A stretch of DNA of 64,000 bases from an uncultured delta proteobacterium. Its GTDB lineage: Bacteria > Myxococcota > Myxococcia > Myxococcales > Myxococcaceae. The notes under the pieces were generated by a model. It did not search any database. It saw only the letters and a list, made by a program, of their open reading frames with translations, and was not told the origin of the DNA. The position numbers were made by a program, and so were the translations under genes. The DNA lies in contig CAVYSY010000025.1 in the NCBI GenBank assembly GCA_963771175.1, forward strand, positions 96,001-160,000, written 5' to 3'. The number at the start of each line of letters is the position of its first letter. The first letter of the stretch is position 1. This document shows positions 60,201-64,000 of the stretch, in pieces.

Positions 60201-61375
60201 GCCATGGGCCGAGTGGGTTCTTCCCCTTCGGAACGACGGTGGTGACCGCGACCGCGCGCGACGCGGCCGGCCTGGTCGCCACGTGCGACTTCGCCGTGAC
60301 GGTGCGGGACACCCTGCCGCCGGAGCCCGTATGCCCCGGAGACGCCACGGTGGAGGCGACGAGCCTGGGCGGCACGGTGGTCACCTTCTCCGACCCGGTG
60401 GCCTCCGACGCCATCACCCGCGAGCCGACCCTCACCGTGGACCATGCATCCGGCGACCTCTTCGCGCAGGGCGCCACCACGGTGACGGTGACGGCCACCG
60501 ACGCCGCGGGCAACAGCAACCAGTGCACCTTCACCGTCCACGTGCGCGACACGACGGCCTCGGTGGTGACGTGCCCGGCGAACCAGCTCTTCGAGGCCGT
60601 GGACGCTGGCGGCGCCACCGCCACCTGGCCGGCCGCCGAGGCCTCGGACGTGGCCTCCCGTCCGACCGTCTCCTACGACCACGCCCTCGGGAGCCGCTTC
60701 CCGCTCGGGAGCACACCCGTCACGGCGACGGCCACGGATGGAGCCGGGAACCTCGCGAGCTGCACCTTCCAGGTCATCGTCCGCGACACCACGGCGCCCA
60801 CGCTCAAGTGCCCGGCCGCCATCCAGCTCGAGGCCACGGGACCCTCGGGCGCGCCGGCGGACTTCGCCGTGACCAACGCCGTGGACACCATCTCCGACGT
60901 CACCCTCCAGACCAGCCACTCCTCGGGGACCACCTTCCCGGTGGGAGAGACCTCCGTCCAGGTGCGGGCCGAGGACGCCTCCGGCAACGCGTCCGAGTGC
61001 GGCTTCTCCGTCGCGGTGCGCGACACCCTGCCCCCGCTGCTCATGTGCCCGCAGGACGTGAGCGTGACGCCCGACTCGAAGGGGGCAGTGGCGGTGGAGC
61101 TGCCCCAGGCCTCCGTCACGGACCGGGTGACGACCTCCCCCCCCCTCACGATGGCACCGGAGAGCGGCAGCCTCTTCCAGCCGGGTGACACGGCCGTGGA
61201 GGTGACGGCGAAGGATGCCTCCGGCAACACGGCCCGGTGCTCGTTCAACGTCCACGTCGAAAAAGTTTCCGGTGGGTGTTCCTCCGCGCCGGGTAGCACC
61301 CTGGGATGGGTGGGCCTGTTGTTGTTCGTGGCCGTTGCCGCCCGTCGACGGTCCCTCTCGTCTCGTGGTCTGTAA
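57299..61375 (+). CDS. Surface protein: about 18 ELWxxDGT repeats, 5 HYR domains, MYXO-CTERM-type anchor
   Basis: Repeated (E)LW(R/K)(T/S)DGT; five DTxxPxxxCP...VTATDxxGN..C.F.V.V units; C-terminus [14 protein letters not shown]-terminal ALGVAC lipobox-like motif. Confidence 0.92.
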   Translation: MVRANTILAALCALALGVACTSPTGQEPAPEAPKATQRRALGEGPASLVADLGVKAEAALVRNPKNLVAAGPTLLFSSNDEALGEELWRQDASGPVLVADIYPGPIGASPSRFFHMRGLTYFTALDAQHGVELWRTDGTSRGTFLLKDVYPGTKGSDIRTFAEYNGWLFFAANDGVHGLELWRSDGTPEGTELVRDIVLGSGNGGPSGFTVFGGKLYFLTTGPGGTRQLWRTDGTRDGTVRVSTKVTASDSDFPNGGLVRVGGSLFFAGNDGTTGNELWKTNGTEEGTVRVKDLQPGATGSEPQRLTAFGGALYFAATDGTSGRELWRSDGTEEGTRLVTELVSGNNTAETPSTLVATPTRLFFSLTGGTASALYATDGTAAGTAQLVDFKALGGSGLLYGMTAQGDTLFFFGNEPVVGTELWTSDGTPSGTRRIGNDLFPNNGPRPDALTVVGDTVYFVANTPGTGLSIEYPAVPTLWKTQGDESNTVPAGADPKPTRGSNPAPFASMGDALYFTTFEDEEVPKLWRTDGTAAGTRALADVGPKGMLTFGSAGLSELTVLNDSLYFATSQSSGYELWKTDGTSSAAVTTDVLLATEASYPIELHTHNGELFFAGKDTTHGVELWKTDGTSTVLVKDLNAGTPSSNPASFTSVVGGDLYFLVNSSTTGWELWKTDGTEPGTVRAVDIRGSAGTGTVTSIAGAMGDSLYFVAADTATGPELWRLDGTGTATLVKDIRSGAQGSGPSRFAVIGTTLYFTADDGVSGRELWRTDGTPAGTSRVKDIAIGTTSASPAAFAVIGTTLYFTADDGVSGSELWRSDGTETGTVRVADVRPGSAHGVLAESLFVLPDEKVLLFAANDGVNGTELWRSDGTEAGTFVLHDIAPGQLSSDPESFAFFGSSIAFGANDGRHGREPWLMSRALLTNSTPPTITCPANQFVEAQQPLGALVHFPEAEAQDDTALPPALSYSHGPSGFFPFGTTVVTATARDAAGLVATCDFAVTVRDTLPPEPVCPGDATVEATSLGGTVVTFSDPVASDAITREPTLTVDHASGDLFAQGATTVTVTATDAAGNSNQCTFTVHVRDTTASVVTCPANQLFEAVDAGGATATWPAAEASDVASRPTVSYDHALGSRFPLGSTPVTATATDGAGNLASCTFQVIVRDTTAPTLKCPAAIQLEATGPSGAPADFAVTNAVDTISDVTLQTSHSSGTTFPVGETSVQVRAEDASGNASECGFSVAVRDTLPPLLMCPQDVSVTPDSKGAVAVELPQASVTDRVTTSPPLTMAPESGSLFQPGDTAVEVTAKDASGNTARCSFNVHVEKVSGGCSSAPGSTLGWVGLLLFVAVAARRRSLSSRGL

Positions 61376-61384
61376 AGGACCTCC

Positions 61385-63616
61385 ATGAGCAAGTCCTCCC
61401 CATCCACCGAGCCGCACTTCCGCACCTGCAACCTCTGCGAGGCCATGTGCGGCCTGCGGATCGAGACAGCCGGTGGCCGCGTCAGCTCCATCCGGGGTGA
61501 CGAGGAGGATCCGTTCAGCAAGGGCCACATCTGCCCCAAGGCCGTGGCGCTCCAGGACCTCCATGAGGACCCGGACCGGCTCCGCCAACCCGTCCGGCGC
61601 ACCGCCACCGGCTGGGAGCCCCTCTCGTGGGACGAGGCCCTGGACGAGGTCGCGCGGCGGCTCCACGCCATCCAGCGGGAGCACGGCAAGGAGTCGCTGG
61701 GCGTGTACGTGGGCAATCCCACCGTCCACGACCACGGCTCGCTGATGTTCCTGCCGCTGCTCCTGCGGGCGCTGCGCACGCGGAACAAGTTCTCCGCGTC
61801 GTCGGTGGACCAACTCCCCCACCAGCTCGCCGCGTACCTGATGTTCGGGCACCAGTTCCTCATCCCCATCCCGGACATCGACCACACGCGCTTCATGCTC
61901 ATCCTCGGGGCCAACCCGCTCGCCTCCAACGGCAGCCTGATGAGCGCACCGGGCGTGCGCGGCCGGCTCAAGGCCATCCAGCAGCGCGGCGGCAAGGTGG
62001 TGGTGGTGGACCCGCGCAAGACGGAGACCGCCCGCGCCGCGGACGAGCACGTCTTCATCCGCCCCGGCACGGATGCGCTGTGGCTCTTCTCGCTCCTGAA
62101 CGTCCTGCTGCGGGAGACGGGCCCGAAGCTCGGGCGGCTCGCGGAGTTCACCGAAGGCCTGGCCACCATCCAGGAGCTGGCGCGCGAGTTCACCCCCGAG
62201 CGGGCCGCGCCCCACACCGGCGTGTCGGCGGACACCACCCGGCGGCTCGCCCGGGAGCTGGCCGCCTCGGAGGCCGCCGTCTGCTACGGCCGCGTGGGCG
62301 TCTCCACGCACCCCTTTGGCGCGATGTGTCAGTGGCTCATCAACGCCATCAACGTGGTGACGGGGAACCTCGACCGCGAGGGCGGTGCCCTGTTCACGCG
62401 GCCGGCCTACGACCTCGTGGGCGGGCCGCGCGCGCTGGGCATGAACCGCGGCAGCTACGGGCGCTGGAAGAGCCGGGTGCGAGGGCTGCCCGAGTTCGCT
62501 GGCGAGCTGCCGGTGGCCGCGCTCGGCGAGGAAATCCTCACCGAGGGCCCCGGACGCATCCGTGCGATGCTGACCTCCGCGGGCAACCCGGTGGTGTCCA
62601 CCCCCAACGGGCGTCAGCTCGACAAGGCGTTCGCGTCACTCGACTTCATGGTGTGCATCGACCCGTACATCAACGAGACGACGCGGCATGCGCACATCAT
62701 CCTCCCGCCCAGCACGCAGCTCGAGCGGAGCCACTACGACCTCGCCTTCCACGTGCTGGCGGTGCGCAACACGGCGAAGTACTCGCCACCGCTCTTCGCG
62801 CCGCGCCCGGACTCGCGCCACGACTGGGAGATCTTCCTGGAGCTGAAGCATCGCCTGGAGGTGCTGCGCGGAGAGCCCCGCGTGAAGGGCGAGCTGACCT
62901 ACCGCGCGCTCAAGGCGCTCGGCCCCGACGGCCTCCTGGACCTGGGGCTGCGAGCGGGTCCGTACGGCATGAGGCTCCGCCCGTTCCGCAAGGGGCTGAA
63001 CCTCGCGAGCCTCCGGGCTCAACCGCACGGCGTGGACCTGGGACCGCTGAAGCCGAGCCTCCCCAAGCGGCTGGCGACGAGGGATCGCCGCATCCACCTG
63101 ACGCCCGACCTGCTGGTGGCGGACGTCCAGCGACTGCGCCAGGCCTTCCCGGAGGGCGCGGGTACCGCCGAGGAAGGGACGCTGCTGCTCATCGGCCGGC
63201 GCCACCTGCGGGACAACAACTCGTGGCTGCACAACGTGCCCCGGCTCGTCAGCGGGAAGCCACGGTGCACGCTGATGCTCCACCCCGAGGACGCCCAGCG
63301 GCTGGGATTGACCGAGGGGGGCGAGGCCCTCATCACCTCACGCGTCGGCGAGGTGCGGGCGCCGGTGAGCGTGACGGACGAAGTGATGCCCGGCGTGGTG
63401 AGCCTGCCGCACGGCTACGGGCACGGGCGCGAGGGCGTCCGGCTCCGGGTGGCCGGGGAGCATGCGGGCGTGAGCATCAACGACCTCACGGATGACCGCG
63501 TGCTGGATGCGCTCAGCGGCAACGCCGCGTTCAACGGAGTCCGGGTGCGCGTCCAGCCCGCCCGGACGATTCAAACCGAGACGAAACAGCAATACGAGAA
63601 GTCCGCGACTGGATGA
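61385..63616 (+). CDS. Molybdopterin-dependent oxidoreductase (DMSO reductase superfamily) with an N-terminal 4Fe-4S cluster
   Basis: RTCNLCEAMCGL..GHICPK, DRLRQPV, ILGANP, VVVVDPRKTETA, C-terminal molydop-binding LHPEDA..PGVVSLPHGYG. Confidence 0.93.
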   Translation: MSKSSPSTEPHFRTCNLCEAMCGLRIETAGGRVSSIRGDEEDPFSKGHICPKAVALQDLHEDPDRLRQPVRRTATGWEPLSWDEALDEVARRLHAIQREHGKESLGVYVGNPTVHDHGSLMFLPLLLRALRTRNKFSASSVDQLPHQLAAYLMFGHQFLIPIPDIDHTRFMLILGANPLASNGSLMSAPGVRGRLKAIQQRGGKVVVVDPRKTETARAADEHVFIRPGTDALWLFSLLNVLLRETGPKLGRLAEFTEGLATIQELAREFTPERAAPHTGVSADTTRRLARELAASEAAVCYGRVGVSTHPFGAMCQWLINAINVVTGNLDREGGALFTRPAYDLVGGPRALGMNRGSYGRWKSRVRGLPEFAGELPVAALGEEILTEGPGRIRAMLTSAGNPVVSTPNGRQLDKAFASLDFMVCIDPYINETTRHAHIILPPSTQLERSHYDLAFHVLAVRNTAKYSPPLFAPRPDSRHDWEIFLELKHRLEVLRGEPRVKGELTYRALKALGPDGLLDLGLRAGPYGMRLRPFRKGLNLASLRAQPHGVDLGPLKPSLPKRLATRDRRIHLTPDLLVADVQRLRQAFPEGAGTAEEGTLLLIGRRHLRDNNSWLHNVPRLVSGKPRCTLMLHPEDAQRLGLTEGGEALITSRVGEVRAPVSVTDEVMPGVVSLPHGYGHGREGVRLRVAGEHAGVSINDLTDDRVLDALSGNAAFNGVRVRVQPARTIQTETKQQYEKSATG

Positions 63617-63626
63617 GACTACAGCA

Positions 63627-64000
63627 ATGATCACCCTCTATCAGACCCCCGTGGCCTGGGGCACGCCCAACCTCAGCCCGTTCTGCGTCAAGTTGGAGTC
63701 GTACTTCCGGATGATCGGCCAGCCCTACGAGGTGAAGCCGGCGGATCTGCGCAAGGCGCCCAAGGGCAAGGTGCCCTACATCGACATCGAGGGAAAGCTC
63801 ATGGGGGACTCGGGCTTCATCATCGAGTACCTCAAGCAGAAGCATGGGGACACGCTCGACGCGAAGCTGACCCCGGAGCAGGTGGCGATCGGCCACACGG
63901 TCCGGCGCATGCTGGAGGAGTCCACCTACTGGAACATCGTGTACATGCGCTGGGTGGATGAGCCGGGCTGGAGGGCCTACGTGCCGGTGCTCGAGACGAT
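63627..64000 (+). CDS. Glutathione S-transferase family protein (metaxin/FAX-like), truncated by window end
   Basis: Manual translation: MITLYQTPVAWGTPNLSPFCVKLESYFRM..APKGKVPYI..GDSGFIIEYL. Confidence 0.88.
   Translation, partial: MITLYQTPVAWGTPNLSPFCVKLESYFRMIGQPYEVKPADLRKAPKGKVPYIDIEGKLMGDSGFIIEYLKQKHGDTLDAKLTPEQVAIGHTVRRMLEESTYWNIVYMRWVDEPGWRAYVPVLET

Overview
High-GC (about 70%) myxobacterial chromosome window, most consistent with Cystobacterineae (CglB, MYXO-CTERM protein, gene order). 1-11.8 kb: the conserved minus-strand core block rlmB, tRNA-Thr/Tyr/Gly/Thr, tuf, rpmG, tRNA-Trp, secE, nusG, rplK, rplA, rplJ, rplL, rpoB and the 5' end of rpoC. 12-25 kb: rimK, cglB, a HAD hydrolase, hrpB, a GNAT, an MFS transporter, and a translationally coupled trio of an M28 lipoprotein peptidase between two paralogous beta-rich exported proteins. 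25.9-47.8 kb, the main accessory feature: a compact two-gene FAAL/NRPS/PKS hybrid cluster, FAAL-ACP-C-A(Ser)-T-C*-A(Ser)-T // KS-AT-ACP-C-A(Phe)-T-C-A(Ala)-T-C-A(Tyr)-T-TE. It has a putative dehydrating C domain, a non-reducing PKS module with an atypical AT motif (RASH), near-identical internal duplications and no adjacent tailoring genes. I do not recognise its predicted product. 48-64 kb: FliK/SctP-like gene, ferredoxin, asd, rhodanese, acyl-CoA dehydrogenase, tRNA-Cys, Uma2 nuclease, purL, an ELWxxDGT/HYR/MYXO-CTERM surface protein, a molybdopterin oxidoreductase and a GST. Many single-base frameshifts, including in essential rpoB, point to uncorrected sequencing indels rather than pseudogenes.
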